DNA of 40,151 nucleotides from Perkinsus olseni (Eukaryota): NCBI GenBank assembly GCA_013115125.1, contig JABANN010000314.1, positions 1 to 40,151 of the forward strand, read 5' to 3'. Shown piece by piece: positions 1 to 9,898 of this stretch (position 1 is its first letter; each line of letters starts with the position of its first letter). The notes under the pieces were generated by a model. It saw only the letters and a program-made list of their open reading frames with translations, ran no database searches and was not told where the DNA came from. The position numbers and the translations under genes were made by a program.

Positions 1-767
1 CACCACCGTCCTACAAGCGATGCCCACGAAAGATCATCCATAACACAGTGCTGATCATTGATTAGCTCTGACAGTGTTGAATATAGGTTTCTTTCTTTCA
101 CGCGGGCTACATGAATGTATGCATGAAAAATTCTCAGCCAGTGAGCTTGGCGAATTTTCATACTTAATGTTGTATTATTGGCAGTTTATCGCCCTTGCAG
201 CGCATTATAGAATCGAGAACAAATCACCGAAGGACGCGGCGTATGGAGGGTGAAGAGATAAATCAAACGTTCGCACACGAACACCATCTCAAGCACATGC
301 GGAAATCCTACTCGAACCAGAAAATGAAACGCTGTAATTCCCTCACGCAGTCTCCAATAAGTCACATCTTGGAGATGCAACAATCTCGACGTAAGCTCGT
401 ACGCCTAGAAGAATAACCATGCAGTGAACATGAATCTGTACACTTCCCACTCGCGGAGATATTTCGTCCACCTACGACCAACAGAAACAGGATCTCGCAG
501 ACTTCCCGCTTTTCATGCTTGATTGCTCAACTCAAAGCTATTCCTCGCGGGAAACCTCTCCCTTCTGACGTGATACTCACGTTAATGCATGGATGACAGT
601 CGAGTTATGTACGTTAAAATGACAAAAACTTCTGCTGATATACATAAACACGCCCGAGAGGCGTGCCACAGCGGCCCCGAATCTCCCTTGAGTTCGGTCT
701 CCGCTCCAAGAGTAAAACAGAATGGACCAAATACTTTAGAATGAAGACGACTGAAGAATTCGTCACA

Positions 768-2089
768 TCACTTAGTTCGACATATGCCGGCCATAGTGTT
801 ATAGGAGTCACAATCCTCATACCCCATGCTTCTGTAAAAAGATTCGCCATAAAAGCACCGGGACCATTTGAAGTCGTGCACAGCAAACGGTGTGTCTGGA
901 TTGAAGAGAGCTGCATGGCGCGCTGGCGTCATGTACTGCAAAGGAAGAACAATGCCCCAATGGACACACCAGTGAGCTCACTCCTTCAACGGGATCCTGC
1001 ATTATGCGATCCATCTCGGTGAGGATGTTCCACATGTACTCGACGCCACCCTGCGCACCAGGGCCGTCGTGAGCACAGAAGGACAGCTTGCCGCAGCCAC
1101 GACCCATCTTGCACGAAGCCTGACACGAAAGATGTCAGTAAAACTACCCGGACACGATCGACCGCACCTCGACCATAACAGTGATCTTCGCGTGCGGGAA
1201 ATAGTCGTCCTTGAGACAGTCAGCGCATTGCGCGGTGAGCATCCAGTACATTCTGTTAACAATATTAGAATCTTCCTGGTACCTGAACACGACATCAACG
1301 AACTAACCGGCCTAGGCCCTCGGCGACTCACTTCCCGGTGGGGTCGTTGATGTAGTTGCGATAAAGCATCATCAGGGCGGAGTCAGTGTGCTCCATAACA
1401 TACCGCGTGCCTTCCTCGTCCTCTGCGCCCTGGATGGTGGCCTGCAAGAGGACCGAGCCAGAAGGGTAGCCCAACTGGGCTGTCAACCGAGTCTTCATAT
1501 TCTTCGCTTCGATGAGGGCGTCTCGGACGAGTTTCGGGTCCACATGCTCAACATCATAGCTCAGGCCAATGGGCATGATTTGCCGAATCGTATCGGAATC
1601 AACGTAGTCATGCAACCACTGCTCGAAAGTCGCGACGAACTCCTTCATCTTCACACCATTACGCTCGACCACGTCCCCGTAAGTCATCCAGAGGACCCTC
1701 GACCCAGCGCCAGACAGCTGTCGAAAGGCCCGAGCAAAGGCTAGGAGGTTCTCCGGCTCAGCGATGCTCCTCCAATTGGAGTAGTCAGCGATGTTGATGT
1801 AGACGTCACCACAGTTCCAGGCCAGACCAGTGTCGGACTCGAGGAAGTCGAGGAGGTCACGGTTGCCAGCACGCCAGAACGACTGGTCCCAAGAGTAGGT
1901 GCCCAGGTTCTTGCCGCTGCAAGTGCCTTGCGATACTGAGCTTCCACCAGCTTGAGGGGCGAGAGTGGTCGTAGCGGACTGGCTCGTCGATTGGCCACGA
2001 AGGATCTGCTGGACAGCATCAGCGTCACAGCCGTGCAATACAAAAGCGATGGTTAACAGTAAAGCCGAAGCAGCGATTAAAAGAAACAT
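768..2089 (-). CDS. Secreted hypothetical protein, multi-exon (signal peptide; Cys-rich C-terminal part)
   Basis: ATG at 2089 gives MFLLIAASALLLTIAFVLHGC (hydrophobic leader). The long first exon is within ORF 1328..2173. Downstream GT-AG-bounded exons give ...DSNIVNRMYWMLTAQCADCLKDD..., CKMGRGCGKLSFCAHDGPG..., ...YMTPARHAALFNPDTPFAVHDFKWSRCFYG...GICRTK, with stop at 768-770. No family recognised. Confidence 0.7.
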
Positions 2090-2284
2090 AATGGAATGAG
2101 AAAAGGACTGAGGTAGATTCAGACTCAACGCCCGCAGAAGATGCGCAGTTAACGAGACACGTTGCGTACACATCTTGGACGGCGGTGGTTTCCAAATTTC
2201 TTCCGTTGATTTATCGCTCGCCCGAGTGATCGATCCCGCCCGCGTTGGCTATACTAGGACCCTAAGGAGGACCGAACAGTCACC

Positions 2285-3051
2285 ATGGTAAGTCCTAAGG
2301 GGTGGTGGTCTATCAGAGCATGTGAATCTGGTCTTCGTCTGACGATAGCATACGGTTTATCACGCTCGCCGCTTTCCGAAACTACCGGTTGCTCTTCTGT
2401 TGATGGGGATGTCGTTGTGTTTTGTAGGTTGTTAAGACCGAGCTTTGCAGTTATACGGAGTTCCGTGTGTACCCCGGACACGGCCAGCGCTTCATCGCCA
2501 AGGACGGGAAGGTAGTGAGGGGAGGTCTGTTCACCGTGGGCGAGGCGATCGTACCGGCTAGGGTGTGTATCAGCGGTAAATCGCCCTCTACTCTCAGGCT
2601 CACTTCTTCTTCAACTCGAAGGCAGCCTCCCTTTTCCAGCAGCGCATCAAGCCTGTCAAGCTGACCTGGACTGAGAAGTGGCGTCGTCTCAACAAGAAGG
2701 TTAGGACCACTGAGGTAGTACCATCGCCCGCACCGGAAGCCATGACGTTGATCGTGTAACAACCAGCATAAAACTCGTCGTTGTTTTTCCCAGGCCGCCC
2801 GCAAGAAGACTCGCCGTACCGTGAAGGTCCAGAAGGCCATCATGGGTCTCTCTTTGGAGGACTTCCACAAGAAGAAGTCTGAGCGTACTCAGCTTCGCAA
2901 GGAGGCCGACGCCAAGAGGGCCACTGAGCTCAAGGAGAAGGAGAAGGCCAAGGCCGCCCGCGCTGCCACCAAGACTGCCAAGCATCAGGAGAAGCCTGTT
3001 GCTGCCAAGCAGCCCAAGCAGAAGCAGACCCGCACTGGCAAGAGGTTCTAA
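2285..3051 (+). CDS. RPL24: 60S ribosomal protein L24 (eL24), 4 exons: 2285-2287, 2428-2511, 2598-2714, 2794-3051
   Basis: Spliced translation MVVKTELCSYTEFRVYPGHGQRFIAKDGKAHFFFNSKAASLFQQRIKPVKLTWTEKWRRLNKK...RRTVKVQKAIMGLSLE...KQTRTGKRF* carries the eL24 signature. All three introns are GT-AG and in phase. Confidence 0.97.
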
Positions 3052-3187
3052 GTTGACTCACGACGACTTCGAATCGGCGATGCACCAACAGTACGGTCTA
3101 CTACAACAACCACAGCTGTCTCCTTGGTGATGTGTACGTCTTTGCTTCTAATGAGTGCTTTAATAGGGGGCTGATGAGTACCATAAA

Positions 3188-3290
3188 TCTCGATGATGAT
3201 AATATTTCCGAGGTATCAGTGGCGCTTAGTGCATTCTGTACGGCCCACTTCGATGACCACTTCTACACATGTCATAGTTACTCTGAGAGA
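3188..3290 (+). ncRNA. Box C/D snoRNA, snR63/SNORD46-like (guide for LSU helix 69 2'-O-methyl A, yeast Am2256 equivalent)
   Basis: Terminal stem TCTC/GAGA; C box ATGATGA 3193-3199; D box CTGA 3283-3286. The 12 nt upstream of D (GTCATAGTTACT) are the reverse complement of conserved LSU AGUAACUAUGAC. The D+5 rule lands on the second A of GUAAC. Confidence 0.9.
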
Positions 3291-3319
3291 TCATAATGAT
3301 GATATGACCGCCGCTGGTC

Positions 3320-3409
3320 GCCTTTGATGATAATTCCATAATGACATTCAGATTAATGAGCGACGAAAGAGTCGCTATGAAATCGCTTTCCAGCACTGGG
3401 CTCTGAGGC
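3320..3409 (+). ncRNA. Box C/D snoRNA, snR76/SNORD88-like (LSU Cm2197 equivalent)
   Basis: Stem GCC/GGC; C box TTGATGA 3324-3330; D box CTGA 3403-3406. Guide AGCACTGGGC is complementary to conserved LSU GCCCAGUGCU, and D+5 gives the third C of GCCC. A second element TGACATTCAGA is complementary to the adjacent LSU UCUGAAUGUCA. Confidence 0.88.
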
Positions 3410-3507
3410 ACAGCACAGGTCAATAACAAGCGCACGGTGCGTGCAGAGTTGGCCAACGTCATAATCGTTGAACAACCATCGGTCTCCGACCGTCGTGCTA
3501 GACAAAT

Positions 3508-3578
3508 CGTCATATGAAGACCCATGAGGAGTTTTCGTACTTCCTGTGGATAATGCTTGGCTGCAGTCCATGATGATG
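3508..3578 (+). ncRNA. Candidate degenerate C/D snoRNA (or second hairpin of a structured RNA)
   Basis: Stem CGTCA/TGATG; C-like ATGAAGA; D-like ATGA 3570-3573; internal hairpin CCATGAGGA...TTCCTGTGG. GCTTGGCTGC is complementary to LSU helix-89 GCAGCCAAGC but is not adjacent to the D box. Confidence 0.35.
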
Positions 3579-3671
3579 GCCGTTGATGATTGTTCCAATA
3601 GTGTACTTTTTAACGCTGAAGTCCTCTCGGGGGCTCAATGTTGATACGTGCGAACGGGCGGACTGAGGCCA
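3577..3671 (+). ncRNA. Box C/D snoRNA, snR70/SNORD43-like copy 1 (SSU Cm1639 yeast / C1402 E. coli equivalent)
   Basis: Stem TGGCC/GGCCA; C box TTGATGA; internal D' CTGA and C'-like ATGTTGA; D box CTGA 3663-3666. Guide ACGGGCGG(A) is complementary to SSU CCGCCCGU, and D+5 lands on the decoding-site C. Confidence 0.9.
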
Positions 3672-3686
3672 CTACTAAATTAACCA

Positions 3687-3759
3687 AACAATGATGATAC
3701 CTTTTTTTGCTCATTCACTGCATCTTCGTGATGATTTGATAATCCTAACGGTCTGAGTT
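3687..3759 (+). ncRNA. Box C/D snoRNA, target not identified
   Basis: Stem AAC/GTT; C box ATGATGA 3691-3697; perfect C' GTGATGA 3728-3734; D box CTGA 3753-3756. Sits between other C/D RNAs of the cluster. Confidence 0.75.
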
Positions 3760-3782
3760 ATTTTTTGCAATGCTGGGATTGA

Positions 3783-3880
3783 TGACAACTCATGATGATT
3801 GTTCCAATAGTGTACTTACAATACCGAACGTCCATTTGGATGAGTGTCGATAAGTGCGAACGGGCGGACTGATGTTGTCA
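3783..3880 (+). ncRNA. Box C/D snoRNA, snR70/SNORD43-like copy 2
   Basis: 7-bp stem TGACAAC/GTTGTCA; C box ATGATGA; D box CTGA 3869-3872. Shares TGATGATTGTTCCAATAGTGTACTT and GTGCGAACGGGCGGACTGA with copy 1. Confidence 0.9.
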
Positions 3881-4566
3881 AAACCCCTTGTAATTATGAA
3901 GGTTATACTACCATCTAGTCACCAAATCGTAACTTATGGTGTGTTCGAAAACGTAAACGTTACAGGGGAGCGGGGTTGACTTACAAACACAACATGAAGG
4001 GCGGTCTGATAACGAGAGAAGCGAGTAGTTCGCGTTCGGTGATGATGAATAATCGCCGCAAGCTCGCACAAAACCAGCGGTATTGGAAGGATACCGGCGG
4101 ACTCCAGAGACAATAAGAGATGATACGAGCAACATGATGATGGTGGTGATGATGATGATGCGTATATAGAAAAAAATAAATACATTTTACAGCAGAAATA
4201 CGACCAATCCCAAGTGAGTGCAAATACAGAAGACAAGTTCTGTATGCGTCGTTGGTTTGGGAAAGAGTACATACAACACTTACAGCAAGAAAGCGTAAAA
4301 AACAAAGGACAAGTTCCGCTAAGGGCTCGCAGCGCTGAACTTTACTACAACGCTACGGAGAGCGTGTAGCTGAATCACCTTACTAAGAAGATGTTCCAGA
4401 GGAAAAAAGGAGCTCAATTTCGTTGAGAATGTTAGTTAAAAAACGCCTTCGTCTCATCCTCCGCCCTATAGAGGAGATAGTCTTAATCTTATAGGGCGAT
4501 CTGCTCGAATAATAATGAATCAAATAGACTTCGCTCCGCTTTTGAAAGGCCTCATGGCAGCGCTTC

Positions 4567-7164
4567 TTATTCCGTGTTGCCCATCAAAATGGCTAAGTTA
4601 GCCGCCGCTTTCGCCAAGAACTACAAAGAAGCGGTGACAAGGGGAAAAACCGCAGTATGACAATTACCTCCAAGGATGGGTTGGCTGAAACAACGCAGTC
4701 CAGGATTCGGCAGCCAGTCTCAAAGCTGCCGCCCCAAATGGCTGCTATTACGGCACATCTGCAGAGGACAATTATACAGCGGAGTGTCCAGTGGACGCAG
4801 AGAGAGACCAGTAGCTATGCGTGAGGGGCGGTCTTGAGCCGAAGATTCGTCCGAAGACACTTCACAGGAGCGATAACCTTTGACCGACCCGAGAGCCACC
4901 CTACCTTATGACGCAGTCTACCACTTCGTAACTTTGCCTTAGTTGTTCGCCTGGAAGAGCACTATGAAGCATAACCGTGTGAGCGTAGATCCTGATGAGA
5001 TGAAATCGACATCAACAGTCGGCGGGAAGGGACTCCCACCTAAAGGCCGCATCAAACCTGCCGGCAGACTCATAAGCTTCTGCAAGAATTATCATTTCGG
5101 ACTCGGAGTGAGCAGCTGAACATAAACATGTCGAGACTGGGAATCGAACCCGCGACCTCCTCACGAGAAAGCTCCTCAAGCATTCTGTTAGCAACTATCA
5201 TCTTCTGGGTGAACCGCAGCGCCCATTCATTGCCGCCTTGGAACTGAAGGCAGTGGTGCGCGACAGTTTTCGAGATGAAAAGCGACTAGCCGAGGGATCG
5301 AACCCGCGACCTTCTCCATAACAACGCCAACTCTTACCGATTTCGCTGGAGAAGTGCTGCTAACGTCAGCGCTCAGGCGTCGTGGCACGCCTTGGAGCCG
5401 CTCCATCACCTCCCCTGTTCGAACAATTCCCTTCTCCCCAACGGGAGTCGTAGCCGTCCTGGATGGTGTCTCTCCCTTCACGGATGTCGCGAAACGAAGG
5501 TCCATCTCATGCTGAGAAAAATAAAAAAATCCGACGATCCGCGAAGCGTTGCAAGCTCACCTCGGCCGAAAGAACAATCTCAGGTTCCCAGCCCAGGGGT
5601 ACCGTGTAGATGACCAAAGAGGGATCAAAAGGCGAGGTTATACTGAAGAACGCCAATTCCCAGACGAGGACTAGCCGCCATTCATCTCACCAGCGCTCTG
5701 AATTAGCAGCCAAGTGCGTAGCGATGATGTCCTCGTCGGGAGGAGGCAGCATGGAGGCCCCCTTTTCCGCCCAAGCCACGACGATATTGCATAGCACCTA
5801 CCGCAGTTACAGTGATAAAAATACTTAACTTCACAACTACTTTCTCAGTGATGATCGCCTTCCGCGCCGAGCTTTGGCTCTCGAACTGCACGTAGGCCAC
5901 CTGACTGCCGGTGTCGGGGTCAGCTTCGCAAAGTGCCTGACGCACGGGAAGAATGACCGGGCCGGAGGGTCCGGTGGTCTTACCAAAAATTCAATTTTCT
6001 CCGGATTGGGAAACAACCGGTCCAGTAGCTTTACATTCAGCGGCCTAAACAGAGGACGATTGGTCGCGGGTTCGAATCCCGGCAAGGACATTTCTACCCT
6101 TCTTCCAATCTTCCCACAGAGGCTATCGTAGTAGCCGAATGCCACTGAGGGGGTTCGCCAAGCTCCATCCCTCCGTCTACCATTCCACTGGAGGGCACCA
6201 GAGTGACCTTCAGCATACGCGGCGCCACTTGAGCCGGCCGATTAAGATCGTACTCCACCCTCTCATACAACCTGAACGTCATCTTCCGCTACTACCACAA
6301 CTTTCCCGAATCACCTCCGGAAGCCTTGATAGCGGTCCTTCGGGACCAAATGCTTGTACTGGGCCATGAAGCTCAAAGCCTCCTCCTTCTTACTAAACTT
6401 GTTAAAAAGGCCAGCGACATCCATGATCGCACTGACCGCCTGAGCGACCGGCCCGTGAAACGAATTCCTAGGAGTACGAGCCCTACCCTAATGCCACGCT
6501 GAATACATTGCGTGTGCCAGTACAGGGCCCTTCTGTAGTCACGGGCATTCTCCGCTCGCTTCGCCATCGTATACGGTGACGAATCCTGAGTCCAACCATG
6601 GCTAACCTCGGATGCTACTATCACCGCCATGATTCTTACCCGCGGTAAAGTAATGAAGTTACTCTTGCGATAGAGCAATACGTCCGACTCCTCATCAGAA
6701 CTCTCTCGCCCAGGGCCCGAGCCTCCAGGGTCACCCAGCGGCCGGAGCAACGCAGCCGAAGCAGCACCAGCCAGGCCGCTTCCTCCGGCTGCAATACCCG
6801 ACGAGGAGTAGTGCTCGGAATGGTTCAAAATACTCAAGGGAACACCATGGCCAGCAAAGGGCGTGGTGGCAGTGTCCTCTCCGTAGCTCTGCGCAGTCGG
6901 GAGCGCACGGGAGGGACGAAGTAATGAGTCCGGTTCGTTACCGAACATACCGCAAGGCGGACAGCAAGAAAGACAACAAATCTTAAGACTGCGGGACAAC
7001 CAGTGCCATTCCCAATACCCAAACGCAGCACGAGCAGCGACTTTGAAATATCCCTTCACGCGCTGCCCAATAGTTTCGACGATCCACACGCCGTCCACGC
7101 CCCGGTCATTATTACGCGGACCCGAGTATCGCAGCAGCGACGTTGTGCGGGTCCTGGGCGCCAT
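4567..7164 (-). CDS. Multi-exon hypothetical protein with TPR-like helices and an RRM-like segment
   Basis: The first exon is ORF 6373..7164. Later exons give AKRAENARDYRRALYWHTQCIQRG (TPR-like), VAYVQFESQSSARKAI (RNP1-like), SEMIILAEAYESAGRFDAAFR (TPR-like) and a last exon FLAKAAANLAILMGNTE* (stop 4567-4569). In-phase GT-AG introns verified at 5116-5164, 5244-5337 and 6045-6097. Confidence 0.6.
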
Positions 7165-7490
7165 TGGAGTCCGAACCGTAGGCAGCGTCCATCATACCGT
7201 TGTGAGAGGCGCTGTCAGCATCGGTCGGCACGCCTGAGAACCAGGACAATGTATGACCGTTAAATATCCCTCCACTGACTATTATTGTAATAGCATCTTC
7301 ACGAGTTGTGCATTCAGGCGACCATTCATCAGCATCAAAACCCGGGAAGACTCAAGTGGCGTCAACGACGGCGGAGCTTCACACTCAAAGCCAGCGAGCG
7401 AGAATTGTTACGGCGTTTACCGACTGCAGGACGTTCACTTAGAAAGGGCACACATGCCATAATTCTCGGTTGCGACCGTGTTGCGGCTAG

Positions 7491-9581
7491 CTACTGCTGC
7501 TTACCTTGCTCATCGACGGCATTAAGATGCACAAACTGACCATCAACGTTCTCCTTGATAAGCTCCACTGTGTTATCAGCCAGCGCAACAGCAAGTACCT
7601 GCACCAGGACAGTAAGAGCAGTATTAAGTTCGGCGCTCGGCTGCATCCCCGGGCGTGAAGTCATCGAAATTTCTTCTATTAATGATGTTATTATAATTTC
7701 AATATCCACGTATATTTCCATCACAATCTATGTACTTCTCAGTGGATCACAAACATAGTCTGCTTAAATATATTGTGGCTGTGTCAGCAGCACTGCGCTT
7801 GAGGTTTGCGCCGCAGTCCACGGCCCGAGAAGTAGCACGGCCTCCCACCCAAGGCAACCGCGACTAGTGATACTACAGTGCCGGTGATGCTCCAACTGAG
7901 TCTGTAGGCAGCCGCCTTCATGTGGAACTCCTGTGCGACCTTCCAAGCTTGCCCTTCCATATCACACTGCCAGATCTGGCAGGAGAAAGACGCCACGTCA
8001 CGCGCCACGAAATTGCCCGAGCGAGGTCGGCCTACCAAAACGCTGCCGTCTTCCGAGCAGGACGCAATATGCTGAGTGGGAATGCCAGCGTTGGGCCTCC
8101 ATGCGACATCACGAACCTGAGATGCCACTAAATTTTATGCTACAATCACGACCACAACCTACAACATCAGTATGCTTTCCCGAGGGCAGCTCCGTCTCCA
8201 TGCTCCACTCCCCAGTCGATTCATCCATACGCCAGATTCGCACCTGAGACCCATCGGGTTTGAACACAAGCTCGTAATACACGAAAAAGGAATACCACTC
8301 CAATCCCAACTCATGTACCTGATAGTCGTTCCCTCCAGACACAATCCGCCTAGGTCCCACTTGCTCGTCGCTCGATGGCTGCTGCTGCACCTGACCAGCA
8401 AAATCCTCATCACATCAGCGGCCCAAATACGCCATTCCTCGGCCGTCCAGGCCCGACCCTTATCCGACAGCATTCACAGCGGACCGAAGATGCCCTCATG
8501 AGCGCCAATGGAAGCACGTTTTCCCCATGCGATGATAGCAAACCTACCGCAGGCCCCGAGGCCAGGGTGGAAGGAGTAGTGGCTGGACTCCACGACACGG
8601 CAAGGACGCCACCGAGATGGGCTTGCGGGATGACCCTGACAGCAACAGGCAATCCAAAGGTCGCAGGTTCCAACCCAGGACATGAATTTCTACTTGCGAC
8701 TCCATGTGGAGACCTGTTCATGAGTGAGCACTGAGATGCTGCCATCGCTGGAGCCAGCAGCCAGCACCAATCCGTACTCCCAAGGGGCGAAGGCACAGCT
8801 GTTGACTGATGCGGTATGGGACTTATCACAGTACCTGCAGGGAGACAACTTGCACAGCGGGAACGCCTGAGCACGATTCTGCCAACAGCATGGATCGACC
8901 TAAGATTCCTCTCATCAAAGTCGGAGCGTCTCTACCCCAAATGGTAGAGTCCGCGGCGTCCAAGGCAAACCCTCATTACAGTTGCTCCCACACAGCGCTC
9001 TGCTGATGCTGATGATACCCTCCTGTGATCTTCTCCCTCCAGATGATAATCTGACCATAGTCACTGAGGGAGCCCGAAGGGGGCCGAGGCTTACCTGTCT
9101 GTCGTAACCTACGCTGGCCAGGATGCTGCCGTACTTGGGGTGGGCCCAGGACACTTGCCACACTGGAGAGCCGTGGCCACGGAGCTCGCCAAGCAGAGCC
9201 TGCTGCTCGGTGCCTACAATGGGAAGGCGGTGACAGTACGGAAAATACAGGCTGACGGACTTGACCCACCAACCTCGAGAAATTACGCTTGGGACTGAGC
9301 GCCCAACCACTATGCCACTCTTCCCCCCACTACTTACTGACGTCCCAAACTCGAATAGTAGAGTCTTCTGAAGCCGTGGCCAGACGCTTCCCATAGTAGT
9401 CCAACTGAGCATCGTGAATAGGACCAGTGTGCCCCGTGTCAAAGGAGCATGACACAGGCCCGGTCGCCTGCTGCTGTTGCGGCGTCATCGGGACTTGTTG
9501 TTGCTGCTGTTGCTGAGCCATCCCAAAAGTATTTATGGGAGCAGCGGCAGGCCTTTGCTGCGGCAAAGTCTGAGGCATCAT
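7491..9581 (-). CDS. SEC13: Protein transport protein SEC13 (WD40; COPII / nucleoporin), multi-exon; final exon uncertain
   Basis: Motifs [89 protein letters not shown]...[19 protein letters not shown]-rich N-terminal extension. Confidence 0.93.
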
Positions 9582-9898
9582 TTTGGTTGTAGAATGTGAG
9601 AAGTAAAAACTTTTGTGACGACCCATGATCGACATTGGATACTCCAAACACAAGATTTACGTGACGATGAGCTCATCCCGACCTAGGAGAGCAGCAACGG
9701 AAGCCCCAGAAGACAGTAAACATACAGGTTCGCCGAGAGCCACCTTCTCGAGGGGCGGCGGAAGTAGGACAAGGCACAACTATACATACTTTTGCAAGGA
9801 GGAAGCGGTACCACCGGCAGCAGCAGCTGCAGCAGCAGCAGTGTGAAAGTTTCGAACGACAGGCGAGATCAGGGCGACGACCAGGACGAAGGCAGCAG

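Noticed and set aside
1-700. Short ORFs 186..383 and 195..416; possible retroelement remnant
   Set aside because: No recognisable domain, LTR or splice pattern.
3880-3990. RNase MRP/P-like P4 pairing (AAAACCCC / GGGGTTGACT)
   Set aside because: The CR-I consensus GAAAGUCCCC is absent and the span is too short.
3226-4305. Minus-strand ORFs 3226..3525, 3353..3598, 3908..4135, 3934..4305 and 3981..4223 (poly-His)
   Set aside because: They are antisense to snoRNAs or low-complexity TGA repeats, with no protein features.
5128-5200. Functional tRNA genes at the GGTTCGA motifs (also 5283-5320, 6061-6090, 8655-8690)
   Set aside because: Only the variable-loop/T-arm half is present. There is no D arm or pairing 5' acceptor strand, and the flanks are coding exons. 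Reported as tRNA-derived intronic elements instead.
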